Part shown: in pieces, positions 7,978-16,415 of the stretch | How positions within the stretch are numbered: the first letter of the stretch is position 1 | Layout: every line of letters begins with the position of its first letter | Source: an uncultured Dehalococcoidia bacterium | GTDB lineage: Bacteria > Chloroflexota > Dehalococcoidia > Lucifugimonadales > UBA3495 | Length of the DNA: 64,000 nt | Assembly (NCBI GenBank): GCA_964502995.1 | Contig: CAZCZB010000002.1 | Location: forward strand, 76,805-140,804 | Reading direction: 5' to 3' | Made by a program: the position numbers and the translations under genes | Notes under the pieces: generated by a model | The model's database searches: none | Seen by the model: only the letters and a program-made list of their open reading frames with translations | Told to the model about the DNA's origin: nothing

Positions 7978-9123
7978 TTACGCCAGTTGCCCGCGGCCGG
8001 CCACGCGCCAGTACCCGACCAGCTTGCCATCCCTGACGGCGCGGATGTAGTCGTATTGATTGACGCAGAGGGCGAGGTTGTACGGAACCAGGCGGACTTT
8101 GTCGTTGGCCATCAGTTGTTGGGTGGCCGGCCCTTCCAGATCCAGGATTCCGTGCTCCGCGCTGAACCTGGCAGCCACGGCGCCGGGGAATGACTCCAGG
8201 ACGGGAACGCCGAAATCGGGGCCGGTCGTCTTGTGACCGGCGTCGACCACGGCCCGGTGCGACACCGGATGGCTGATGACGGTGGCCAGTATTTTCGCCG
8301 CCGGTTCAAATTCGGGGCGAACCGCCAGCGTCTCCGCATCCATCAGCGGATACACGCCGGCTTGCACCTCGGTGACGCCCGACATCTGCGAAACCACGTC
8401 GTAGCTGTACGTGCTGCCCGCGCTCACCGTGGCGACCTCAATTCCGGCCTGTTCCAGGTCGCTGCGGGTGTCCAATACCGGTTGCAGTCGGCGGCGCGTT
8501 TCGGCTGCCAGATCGTCGCGGTCGGTGATCGCCAACGGACCTTCGTAGGTCATTATTCCCTGGAATGACAAACCGGTAGCCTCCACCACCATTCGCGCCA
8601 GATCAACCGATTCGCGCCCGGGCGCAACGCCGCCAAATCCGTAGCCGCAGTCGATGTCCACCAATACCCCAAGAGTGGCGCCGGCCGCCTGGGCAGCCTC
8701 CGCAAGGTCCTGGACGTTACGGGAGTTGTCAACCGCCACGGTCATGGTGATCCGGCCGGCCAACGCGACCAGGCGGCGGACCTTGGCGGCGCCAACCACC
8801 CGACCCGCGATGAGGATATCGTCAATCGTGGAGGCATTGTCGTCGCCACCGGCGAACGCTTCCGCTTCCCCAAGGGAACTGACGGCCACGCCGCCGGAGT
8901 TGTTGGCGGCTGCCAGCTGGATCTGAGCGATTTCAGGGCACCCATGACACGAAACGTGGGGCCGAACCCGCACCTGACCTGTGGCCGAAGTCCCGTCGGA
9001 ACCGCCAACGGCGTTGTGCAGGACCGCGATGTTCTGTTCCATGACGCCCAGGTCAACCACCAGGGCGGGAGTATCCAACTCCTCCTCGGGGACGCCTATG
9101 GGTTGAATTATCGGTCGCTCCAT
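7978..9123 (-). CDS. DSD1/D-threonine aldolase-like paralog lacking the PLP-lysine motif
   Basis: It has the same architecture as 6797..7900 (LDTPALVVDLGVMEQNI...), but the motif reads RPHVSCHGCPEIA, with Ser and Gly where the paralog has Lys51 and Lys54. The ATG at 9123 has a GAGAGG RBS. Confidence 0.8.
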   Translation of the reverse strand: MERPIIQPIGVPEEELDTPALVVDLGVMEQNIAVLHNAVGGSDGTSATGQVRVRPHVSCHGCPEIAQIQLAAANNSGGVAVSSLGEAEAFAGGDDNASTIDDILIAGRVVGAAKVRRLVALAGRITMTVAVDNSRNVQDLAEAAQAAGATLGVLVDIDCGYGFGGVAPGRESVDLARMVVEATGLSFQGIMTYEGPLAITDRDDLAAETRRRLQPVLDTRSDLEQAGIEVATVSAGSTYSYDVVSQMSGVTEVQAGVYPLMDAETLAVRPEFEPAAKILATVISHPVSHRAVVDAGHKTTGPDFGVPVLESFPGAVAARFSAEHGILDLEGPATQQLMANDKVRLVPYNLALCVNQYDYIRAVRDGKLVGYWRVAGRGQLA

Positions 9124-9154
9124 CCGTATATCTACCTCTCAATTCTGGGGGGCG

Positions 9155-9454
9155 TCACGCCGGGTCCAGCCAGTGCTGGTACACGTCCACCAGCAGAGTA
9201 TCCGCGGGGTTGCCCGAATAGTCGGGCCAAAGGTCAGTCTGGCGCAGGCGGATGCGATAAAGTGGCTGACGAGGCAATCCATCGCCACCGTGGGCCAGTG
9301 ATTCGGGATTCGGATACACACCGCACAACGCGGCCACCGTGCCAACGTGGCCCTGGATGTAGGCAGGAGTGCGGAAATGGTGGGACGGTGATCCCGAACG
9401 CACCCGAACGCGCGCGCCGTCGGGAAATCGTACGGTTTCGGCAGTGGTGGTCAT
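9155..9454 (-). CDS. nitrile hydratase beta subunit, C-terminal (SH3-like) half as separate polypeptide
   Basis: FPDGARVRVRS...HHFRTPAYIQGHVGTV...PQPLYRIRL...DLW...LVDVYQHWLD matches the C-terminal half of NHase beta. Its ATG overlaps the upstream stop as ATGA at 9451-9456. Confidence 0.85.
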   Translation of the reverse strand: MTTTAETVRFPDGARVRVRSGSPSHHFRTPAYIQGHVGTVAALCGVYPNPESLAHGGDGLPRQPLYRIRLRQTDLWPDYSGNPADTLLVDVYQHWLDPA

Positions 9455-9756
9455 CAGAGCCCCTGCTCCCGCAGTTGCGCCGTTTTTGCATCAATTTCAG
9501 CGCCGGTCAGGATACCCTTTTCAATCAGCAGGATCTCCAGGGCCGCAGTCCATTTTTCGTAGTAGGACAGCGCCTCGTATTGCTCCGGCGGCAGGCTTTC
9601 GATGGCCCGGCGCATCTCGTCGGTGGTGCGGACGCCCTGGGCGCCGAGGACCTGGTGAACCGCATCGACTCTGCGCTCCCAGTCGCTCAGGACGTGCTCA
9701 TCCAGGTCAATCGGAGTATCGTCGGGCCAGCCGCCCCTGTCGTGTACTGCGGGCAT
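9454..9756 (-). CDS. nitrile hydratase beta subunit, N-terminal half as separate polypeptide
   Basis: MPAVHDRGGW... (compare the MDG(I/V)HDLGG start of NHase beta), then DEMRRAIESLPPEQYEALSYYEKWTAALEILLIEKG. The ATG at 9756 is preceded by GGAGCG and lies just downstream of the deacetylase stop at 9761. The ORF-track start at 9801 would overlap that gene. Confidence 0.85.
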   Translation of the reverse strand: MPAVHDRGGWPDDTPIDLDEHVLSDWERRVDAVHQVLGAQGVRTTDEMRRAIESLPPEQYEALSYYEKWTAALEILLIEKGILTGAEIDAKTAQLREQGL

Positions 9757-9760
9757 GCGT

Positions 9761-10579
9761 TCACGCTCCATTACGCCACATTTCGGCCAGGTCCACGGCA
9801 CGCATGAATTGCACGCCGGGGAAAGTCTTGATGTATTCGATGAGCCGCTCCAGCATCAGCAGGCGGCCGGGCCGGCCGATGTACTGCGGGTGCATGGTCA
9901 GATTGAAGCAACGGCCGTACCGGTAGATTCCACGAAACTCCTCGGCCCAACTCACAAAAACCTCGTCCGGGTTGCGCATGGGCCCGAGACGGTTGGCCGA
10001 TGGCGCGTAGGCAAAATGCGGGGCGTCGTCCAGCAACCAGTGAATGGGCAGTTCCACCATCTGACGGGGCGGGTCGCCGCCCTCAACAAAATACGGGGCG
10101 TCGTCGCCCATCAGGCTGCTATCGTACTGGAAGTTGTGCTTGGCCAGCAGGTCCAGCGAAACCGCGCTGAGTTCCCAACTCGGCGAACGGTAGCCCACCG
10201 GAGCCTCCCCGGTCAGATCACCCAATATCGCGATGCCCCTGGTCAGGACTTCCTCCTCCTCATCGGGGGTCATGGTTGCCGGGGGCTCGTGGAGATAGCC
10301 GTGGTGGGCGACTTCATGACCGCGCCCGGCAATTTCGCGGACCAGATCGGTGTGGGTTTCGGCCACCTGCCCGGGGATGTAGAAACTGGACTTGATCCCC
10401 TGGGCGTCCAGCATATCGAGAATGCGCGGCGTGGCCACGCTGGGCCCGTATTCAGCCATCGACAGCAGGCTGGGGTAGTTTGCGAAATCCGCGTTTCTGC
10501 GCAACCACGAGGACACGCCGTCCACGTCGAAGGTGATCAAAGCAACACACTGGATGTCGTCGGGCCAGATTCCGGCCAT
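9761..10579 (-). CDS. polysaccharide deacetylase (CE4) family metallo-amidohydrolase
   Basis: The NodB-type motifs ITFDVDG, GHEVAHHGYLHE and the spacing of later His/Asp residues fit CE4. The ATG at 10579 has a GAGG RBS. Confidence 0.88.
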   Translation of the reverse strand: MAGIWPDDIQCVALITFDVDGVSSWLRRNADFANYPSLLSMAEYGPSVATPRILDMLDAQGIKSSFYIPGQVAETHTDLVREIAGRGHEVAHHGYLHEPPATMTPDEEEEVLTRGIAILGDLTGEAPVGYRSPSWELSAVSLDLLAKHNFQYDSSLMGDDAPYFVEGGDPPRQMVELPIHWLLDDAPHFAYAPSANRLGPMRNPDEVFVSWAEEFRGIYRYGRCFNLTMHPQYIGRPGRLLMLERLIEYIKTFPGVQFMRAVDLAEMWRNGA

Positions 10580-10612
10580 TGGGTAACCTCGTCGAGATCA
10601 GTTGGGATCGGG

Positions 10613-11899
10613 TCAGGCGGCTTGGGCCGGAATTGATTCGAACCCCGTGTAGGGACGAAGAACTTGGGGAATGACCACCGAACCGTCGGGTTGCTGGTAG
10701 TTTTCAAGGATCGCAATGATCACTCTGGGCAACGCCAGCCCCGAACCGTTCAGCGTGTGTACAAATCGGGGACGCTCACCCACACCCGGGCGGTAACGGA
10801 TGTTCGCGCGGCGCGCCTGGAAATCGGTGCAGTTGGAGCAGGACGAAACCTCAAGCCATTCCTCTGATCCTGCCGCCCACACCTCGATGTCATAGGACTT
10901 GGCCGACGGGAACGAAATGTCCCCCGCGCACAGTTGCAAGATGCGATACGGCAGTTCCAGCCGTTGGCACACTGCCTCGGCATTGGCCAGCAGGGACTCC
11001 AGTTCGTCGAACGACGTTTCCGGTTCAACGAATTTGTACATCTCCACCTTGTTGAATTGGTGGACGCGCTTGATCCCTCTAGTGTCGCGTCCGGCCGCCG
11101 CCTTTTCACGCCGAAAACACGGAGTCTGCGCGACATAGTAAAGGGGAAGCTGGTCGGCTTCCAGTATTTCGTCGCGGTGCAGGTTGGTTACCGGCACCTC
11201 GGCCGTGGGGATCAACCACAGGTCGTCTTCCTCGTCGTGGTAAAGGTTGTCCGCGAACAGGGGCAGGTTGCCCGATCCCTCCATGGTTTCGCGGCGGACA
11301 ATGATGGGGAGCGCCATTTCCGTATAGCCGTGTTCCCTTCCGTGCAGGTCCAGCATCCACGAGATGATGGCGCGTTCAAGACGGGCGCCGTAACCATTGA
11401 GCGTGTAGAACCGGCTCCCGGAGAGCTTGACGCCGCGCTGGAAATCGATGATCCCCAACCGTTCCGCGATATCCCAATGGGGCTGCGCCTCAAAATCAAA
11501 CGGTTTGGGGTCCCCCCACGTGCGCAATTCCAGGTTGCACGTTTCGTCCAGCCCCTCCGGCGTGCTGGCGTCGGGCAGGTTGGGCAGGGCCATCATGGCG
11601 TCGTTGATTTTCGCCTCAAGATCGCGTACTTCGTCTTCCAGCGCGCTGATTCGCTGGCCGACTTCGCGCATCTCCGTGATCACGTCATCGGGAGGAGCGT
11701 TCCCCTGTGATCGGGCCTGGCCGATCTCGCGGGACACCTGGTTGCGCCGGGAGCGCAGTTCGTCGCCCTCGGTGATTGCCACGCGCCGACGCGCGTCGCA
11801 CGCGAGGATATCGTCAAGGCAATCATCGTCCTCGGCGCGTCGGACGAGGGCGGCCCGCACCCGGTCGGGTTCGTTACGAATCTGTTCAATTGAAAGCAT
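10613..11899 (-). CDS. serS: seryl-tRNA synthetase
   Basis: N-terminal coiled-coil arm (MLSIEQIRNEPDRVRAAL...) and class II motifs (FRREKAAAGRDTRGIKRVHQF, SSCSNCTDFQARR, HTLNGSGLA). Confidence 0.95.
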   Translation of the reverse strand: MLSIEQIRNEPDRVRAALVRRAEDDDCLDDILACDARRRVAITEGDELRSRRNQVSREIGQARSQGNAPPDDVITEMREVGQRISALEDEVRDLEAKINDAMMALPNLPDASTPEGLDETCNLELRTWGDPKPFDFEAQPHWDIAERLGIIDFQRGVKLSGSRFYTLNGYGARLERAIISWMLDLHGREHGYTEMALPIIVRRETMEGSGNLPLFADNLYHDEEDDLWLIPTAEVPVTNLHRDEILEADQLPLYYVAQTPCFRREKAAAGRDTRGIKRVHQFNKVEMYKFVEPETSFDELESLLANAEAVCQRLELPYRILQLCAGDISFPSAKSYDIEVWAAGSEEWLEVSSCSNCTDFQARRANIRYRPGVGERPRFVHTLNGSGLALPRVIIAILENYQQPDGSVVIPQVLRPYTGFESIPAQAA

Positions 11900-11911
11900 A
11901 GGCGAATGTTG

Positions 11912-12619
11912 TCACGTCAAATCGAAAATTAGGTGGCGCACCGCGAACGCGAATCCGGGGAGGACGTCCTCACCGCTCAACTCTTCAGGGTTGTCAAGAA
12001 GTTCCGGATCATCCGCGCCGGCACGATAGACGCGAACGGTACGTTCAACAGGATCAATCAGCCACCCCAGCAGGGCGCCGTTGTCCATGTATTCCTGCAT
12101 CTTGGCGAGCAACTCTACCAGGTCGGATGGGCGCGATTGCGAAGCGGAACGCACTTCTATTACGAAATCCGGGCAGTAATGGCGGGCTCGGGGAGCATCA
12201 GGTGGCGACGCTATAACTTTATCCCGCGGGCTCCACGCCGAATCAGGACACCGGATAGCTCCGTTACCCAGCCGGTAGGCGCTGCTGGAACCGGTTGCGA
12301 TGCCGGGGCGACCTTGACTGATATTCCACTGACGCAATTCCCCAAACGATTCTCCTTCGTGCTCGTCGGAAGGGGCGTAAGTGGGCGGCATTATTTCCAG
12401 GACTCCGTTGGAAGTGAGTTCCATGTGCCATGGGTGGTCTTCGTTCGCAAGGCAGACTTCCCAAAACCAACCCTCACAAGCATCGGGGCCGGCAGAGATC
12501 ACGGCGTCCGGGAGACGGAGCCGGAAAGGAAAGAGTTCGGGCCGTCCGGTCTCGGAAGCCGGCCTTCCGGCCGTTCCCTGTCCTAGGTTCGATCCGGTTT
12601 GTGGAGCAATCGTCGTCAT
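11912..12619 (-). CDS. Uma2-family (DUF820) PD-(D/E)xK-like putative endonuclease
   Basis: GVLEIMPP...EHE...PDSAW..., PDFVIEVRS, and EYMDNGALLGWLIDPVERTVRVY. This is the typical Uma2 layout. It is tightly packed between lysS and serS. Confidence 0.85.
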   Translation of the reverse strand: MTTIAPQTGSNLGQGTAGRPASETGRPELFPFRLRLPDAVISAGPDACEGWFWEVCLANEDHPWHMELTSNGVLEIMPPTYAPSDEHEGESFGELRQWNISQGRPGIATGSSSAYRLGNGAIRCPDSAWSPRDKVIASPPDAPRARHYCPDFVIEVRSASQSRPSDLVELLAKMQEYMDNGALLGWLIDPVERTVRVYRAGADDPELLDNPEELSGEDVLPGFAFAVRHLIFDLT

Positions 12620-12622
12620 ACG

Positions 12623-14203
12623 CTATGTCGAGCCACTGCCATCCTCGGCAACGTCAACTCGGTCTATCAAGTTACTGCGCATCTGCGGGAATAGTAGCAC
12701 ATCGCGAATGGTGGACTGGCCGGTCAGGAGCATAACAAGCCGGTCGATACCGATACCCAACCCTCCCGTGGGCGGCATTCCGTATTCCAGGGCCGTCAGG
12801 AAGTCGCTGTCGGTTCGGTCAGCCTCGTCGTCGCCGTACGCGTCGCGCTGGTGTTCCTGGGCAGCGAAGCGTTCCCGCTGGACTTCGGGGTCGTTCAGCT
12901 CGGTATAGGAGTTCGCGATCTCCATGCCGGCCGCGAACGCCTCGAACCGCTCCACGTAACCGGACTTGTCGGGATGGTTCTTGGCCAGCGGCGACATGTC
13001 CTCGGGGTAGTCCATGAGAAAGGACGGCTGCACCAGGTGCGGTTCAACGTACACCGACAGCATCTTGTCGATGAGTCGCCCGCGCGCCTCTCGCGGCCCC
13101 GGCTGCAGCCCCAAATCCAGCGCGACACCGGTGAGAGATTCCGCGTCAGGGTAGTCCTCAATGTCAACGCCGCTGCGCCGTTGCAATTCCTCGCGCAGGG
13201 AAAGCCTCGGCCACGGCGGCGAAAAGTCGATCACATCGTCCCCCATGGCGATGCTCATGGAACCGTGAACATCCTGCGCCAGCGACGATACCAGCGACTC
13301 CACCATCTCCATCACGGCGTTGTAATCCGCGTATGCCTCATAGGATTCCAGCAGCGTGAACTCCGGGTTGTGGTCCTGGTCGATGCCCTCGTTGCGGAAC
13401 ACGCGGCCGATTTCATACACCCGGTCCAGGCCTCCCACGATCAACCGCTTGAGGTACAACTCGGTGGCGATGCGTAGGTATAGCTGCTCGTCCAGCGCGT
13501 TGTGGTGGGTGATGAACGGACGGGCATGGGCGCCGGCGGGGATAGGCACCAGAATGGGGGTGTCCACCTCCACAAATCCCCGGTCGTCGAAGAACCGGCG
13601 AATTCCGCTGATGATCCGGCTGCGCTGGACGAATGTTTCAGCGACCTCCGGGTTGGCAATCAGATCCAGATAACGCTGCCGGTATCGGGTTTCAATATCC
13701 CTCAGGCCGTGCCACTTTTCGGGCAGGGGACGCATACCCTTGGCGAGGATGGTGAGCGAACGCGCCTCGATGGTGGGCTGGCCGGTGCGCGTCCGTATCA
13801 TGTTTCCGGTTACGCCCAGAAAGTCCCCGAGGTCCAAATCCTGCAATAATTCGTAGTCGTCCTCCAGGACGTTGCGCCGCAGCATCGCCTGAACCACGCC
13901 AGATGCGTCCCGAATGTCCAGAAAGGCGGCGCGACCCATCACGCGCATGGACACCACGCGGCCGGCCACGCTGATGTCGCGAACGCTGTCGGGATCGTCC
14001 GAGGCTTCCGCGTCTTCGAATCGGGCCACGGCTTCCGCAGCGGAACAGGTCCGCTCAAAACGCGGCGGGTAGGGATCGATACCGCGTTGCCGGATTCGTG
14101 ACAGCTTGGCTCGGCGGCTCTCCAGGTTGGCATCCAGGCTGCCCAGATTTTCCGATGTATCGTTGGCGGCGGCGTCCGGTTGGTCAGGCACGGTGGTAGT
14201 CAA
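12623..14203 (-). CDS. lysS: lysyl-tRNA synthetase, class II
   Basis: SRRAKLSRIRQRGIDPYP, an OB-fold segment, and class II motifs (FVEVDTPIL, YEIGRVFRNEGID, GGLGIGIDRLVMLL). The track start at 14203 is TTG and an in-frame GTG at 14191 is an alternative. Confidence 0.95.
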   Translation of the reverse strand: MTTTVPDQPDAAANDTSENLGSLDANLESRRAKLSRIRQRGIDPYPPRFERTCSAAEAVARFEDAEASDDPDSVRDISVAGRVVSMRVMGRAAFLDIRDASGVVQAMLRRNVLEDDYELLQDLDLGDFLGVTGNMIRTRTGQPTIEARSLTILAKGMRPLPEKWHGLRDIETRYRQRYLDLIANPEVAETFVQRSRIISGIRRFFDDRGFVEVDTPILVPIPAGAHARPFITHHNALDEQLYLRIATELYLKRLIVGGLDRVYEIGRVFRNEGIDQDHNPEFTLLESYEAYADYNAVMEMVESLVSSLAQDVHGSMSIAMGDDVIDFSPPWPRLSLREELQRRSGVDIEDYPDAESLTGVALDLGLQPGPREARGRLIDKMLSVYVEPHLVQPSFLMDYPEDMSPLAKNHPDKSGYVERFEAFAAGMEIANSYTELNDPEVQRERFAAQEHQRDAYGDDEADRTDSDFLTALEYGMPPTGGLGIGIDRLVMLLTGQSTIRDVLLFPQMRSNLIDRVDVAEDGSGST

Positions 14204-14392
14204 TCTCCGGCGCGGGTTCCATCTGCGTATAACGGCATTAATCCTACGTTCATGATATTGGAATGTAAAGAAAAATACCCGAATGATGTCGGCGGGTGCA
14301 TGGTTAGTCGGAATACAGGTTGACTATAATGGCCGAACATAGCAAGGGGCGCTATTGCGTCGAAGACACCAGGAGCCGATGAGGGTTTCGAT

Positions 14393-14989
14393 ATGATTCA
14401 AAGGATGATTGGCGCGGCGTTATTCAACGCCCAAACCTATGAAGAGATAGAAGCCGACCAGGGCGCCCTTGGCCAGGCCATCGGCGTTGTGCTGCTGGTC
14501 ACCCTGTGCGGCGTGGTGGGCGGCATAATCGGAGGATTGTTGCAGGGATCCGCCGGCCTGGGTATTGTCCTGGGAATAATCGGCGGGTTGGTTTTCGGAA
14601 TAATCCGTTGGGCGCTGTGGGTTACGGTCATGTTCGTTGTGGGCGGGAAAATGCTGCGCACCAGTGATACCCAAACCAGTTGGGCGGAATTGGGACGTGT
14701 GATGGGATTCGCCTACACGCCAGGCGTGCTGTCACTGCTGTCGTTCATTCCTGCCATCGGTACCCTTTTCCCGGTAATCGGTTTCTTCTGGACGTTGGCA
14801 GCGGTAACCGTGGCGGTCAGGCAGGCTTTGGATTTCGAGTCCACCGGCCGCGCGATCGCGGTGGTTTTGCTTTCCGCCGTAGTTGGCTTCATACCCTGGA
14901 TAATCGTCGTCGCCATACAGGTCGCTGTGCTGGGCGGCGGTGAACCGGAAGCCTCCGGTTCGTTGATGGCAGTTTGGAATCTGATCTGA
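14393..14989 (+). CDS. Yip1-domain membrane protein
   Basis: The N-terminus GAALFNAQTYEEIEADQGALGQAI is followed by 5 TM helices. RBS GAGGG precedes the ATG. Confidence 0.8.
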   Translation: MIQRMIGAALFNAQTYEEIEADQGALGQAIGVVLLVTLCGVVGGIIGGLLQGSAGLGIVLGIIGGLVFGIIRWALWVTVMFVVGGKMLRTSDTQTSWAELGRVMGFAYTPGVLSLLSFIPAIGTLFPVIGFFWTLAAVTVAVRQALDFESTGRAIAVVLLSAVVGFIPWIIVVAIQVAVLGGGEPEASGSLMAVWNLI

Positions 14990-14996
14990 TTTCGTC

Positions 14997-15725
14997 ATGC
15001 GCGACAAGTGGGCCATACGCGAGGAGGTTTGGACGGCGCTGGAAACCGCCCGCGTCGTGCGCGGCAGGACGGTGCACGACAAGATCCCCAATTTCATCGG
15101 CAATGATTCAGCGGCTGCCCATGCCACCGAACTGCCCGAATGGGATCGCGCCCGCGCCGTCAAGAGCAACCCGGACCAGGCCCAGCGTCCTCTGCGCCAA
15201 CTGGCCCTCGAACACGGCAAACTTCTCTACATGGCGGTGCCCCGCCTGAAGGACGAGCGGGTTTTCATTGAACTCGACCCCGCTCGCCCTGAGGTGGAGC
15301 CCAGGAAGTCATCCACCATTTCCGGCGCGTTCAGGGTGGGACGGCCGGTTTATGTCGATGAGATGCAGAAGGTTGACCTGGTGCTTTCGGGTTCGGTGGC
15401 CGTCAACCGTCTCGGAGTGCGCATCGGCAAGGGCGGCGGATTCGCCGACCTTGAATATGGACTGGCCGCGGCCGCCGGCATCCTCACGCCCGACACCCCG
15501 GTGATCAGCACCGTTCATCCCATGCAGGTTCTGGACGAGGAATTGCCCTGGACCCAGCACGACGTACCGCTGGACATCGTGATTACCGAGGACGAGATCA
15601 TCCGCTGCCACCAGGGTGGGGGCGATTTGCCCCGGCCGACCGGCATCTACTGGGAGGACCTGGACGAGCGCAAGATCAGATCCATCCCGCTGCTGGTCAA
15701 ATTGCGGGCGGCTGCCAACGATTGA
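14997..15725 (+). CDS. 5-formyltetrahydrofolate cyclo-ligase family protein
   Basis: Family-like layout with the KGGGFADLEYGL motif and DLVLSGSVAV. Confidence 0.78.
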   Translation: MRDKWAIREEVWTALETARVVRGRTVHDKIPNFIGNDSAAAHATELPEWDRARAVKSNPDQAQRPLRQLALEHGKLLYMAVPRLKDERVFIELDPARPEVEPRKSSTISGAFRVGRPVYVDEMQKVDLVLSGSVAVNRLGVRIGKGGGFADLEYGLAAAAGILTPDTPVISTVHPMQVLDEELPWTQHDVPLDIVITEDEIIRCHQGGGDLPRPTGIYWEDLDERKIRSIPLLVKLRAAAND

Positions 15726-15865
15726 CCGGGAACCGCCAACTGGGAACCGCAACCCGGGGACTCGGAACGTCTCATCCTGCCAGTCGCCGTTGTATAATCG
15801 GCGCAGTCATAATACCGTCGCGTCGTGTTGATTGACGCCGGAATCATGCAGGGAGGTATGTAGAA

Positions 15866-16309
15866 ATGACGCAACCCGTAATGCACGCTCAAATGGGAGG
15901 AGCCACCGGGGGTGAGGAGGAACTGATTCCCGCCGGCGCCGTGACTTTTGGCCTCGTTTACCGCACGGACGTGGGCGCGATGAGCGATGAAGGCATCTGT
16001 ATCCACGTGTACGGCAACGACATCGAGGGGGACGACAAGGAACTCCTCAGGTTCGACTGCTTCCGAATCGGGCCCCACTATCACTACCGCAACAAGACCA
16101 TCAACAAGAACGACCGGCTGGAGCTTGACTTCACGGCCGAGGGCGACCCGTTGGCCTGGACTTTGGACAAAATCCAGAACCGGCTTCCCATCATGCTGCT
16201 CCGCTGCGAAGCGGATTCCACCGCGCGCGCCGTTGACCAACGGGACGTGGACGCGGCCCTGCCTCACATCGTTGCGTGGGCCGAAACCAAGACCCACAAT
16301 CGGGGTTAG
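15866..16309 (+). CDS. hypothetical protein
   Basis: The ATG is preceded by GGGAGG. Composition is normal (not Arg/Gly/Pro-biased) and it is followed by a strong terminator. I recognised no domain. Confidence 0.55.
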   Translation: MTQPVMHAQMGGATGGEEELIPAGAVTFGLVYRTDVGAMSDEGICIHVYGNDIEGDDKELLRFDCFRIGPHYHYRNKTINKNDRLELDFTAEGDPLAWTLDKIQNRLPIMLLRCEADSTARAVDQRDVDAALPHIVAWAETKTHNRG

Positions 16310-16341
16310 GTCCGCGCGACGCGGAATCTACCGAGATAACG

Positions 16342-16375
16342 AAACGGGTTCGGCTTCCCGGCGCCGAACCCGTTT
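16342..16375. terminator. bidirectional intrinsic terminator hairpin
   Basis: AAACGGGTTCGGC-8 nt-GCCGAACCCGTTT, a 13-bp stem between convergent genes. Confidence 0.7.
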
Positions 16376-16415
16376 GCTAAGCCAGGCGCGCGGAATCCGC
16401 ACCGAGCCACGGGAA

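Noticed and set aside
14320-14330. TTGACTATAAT upstream of the Yip1 gene as a promoter feature.
   Set aside because: The TATAAT is convincing, but the best -35 candidate (TTAGTC) has 15-nt spacing. Support was too weak to list as a feature, so it is mentioned only in a finding.
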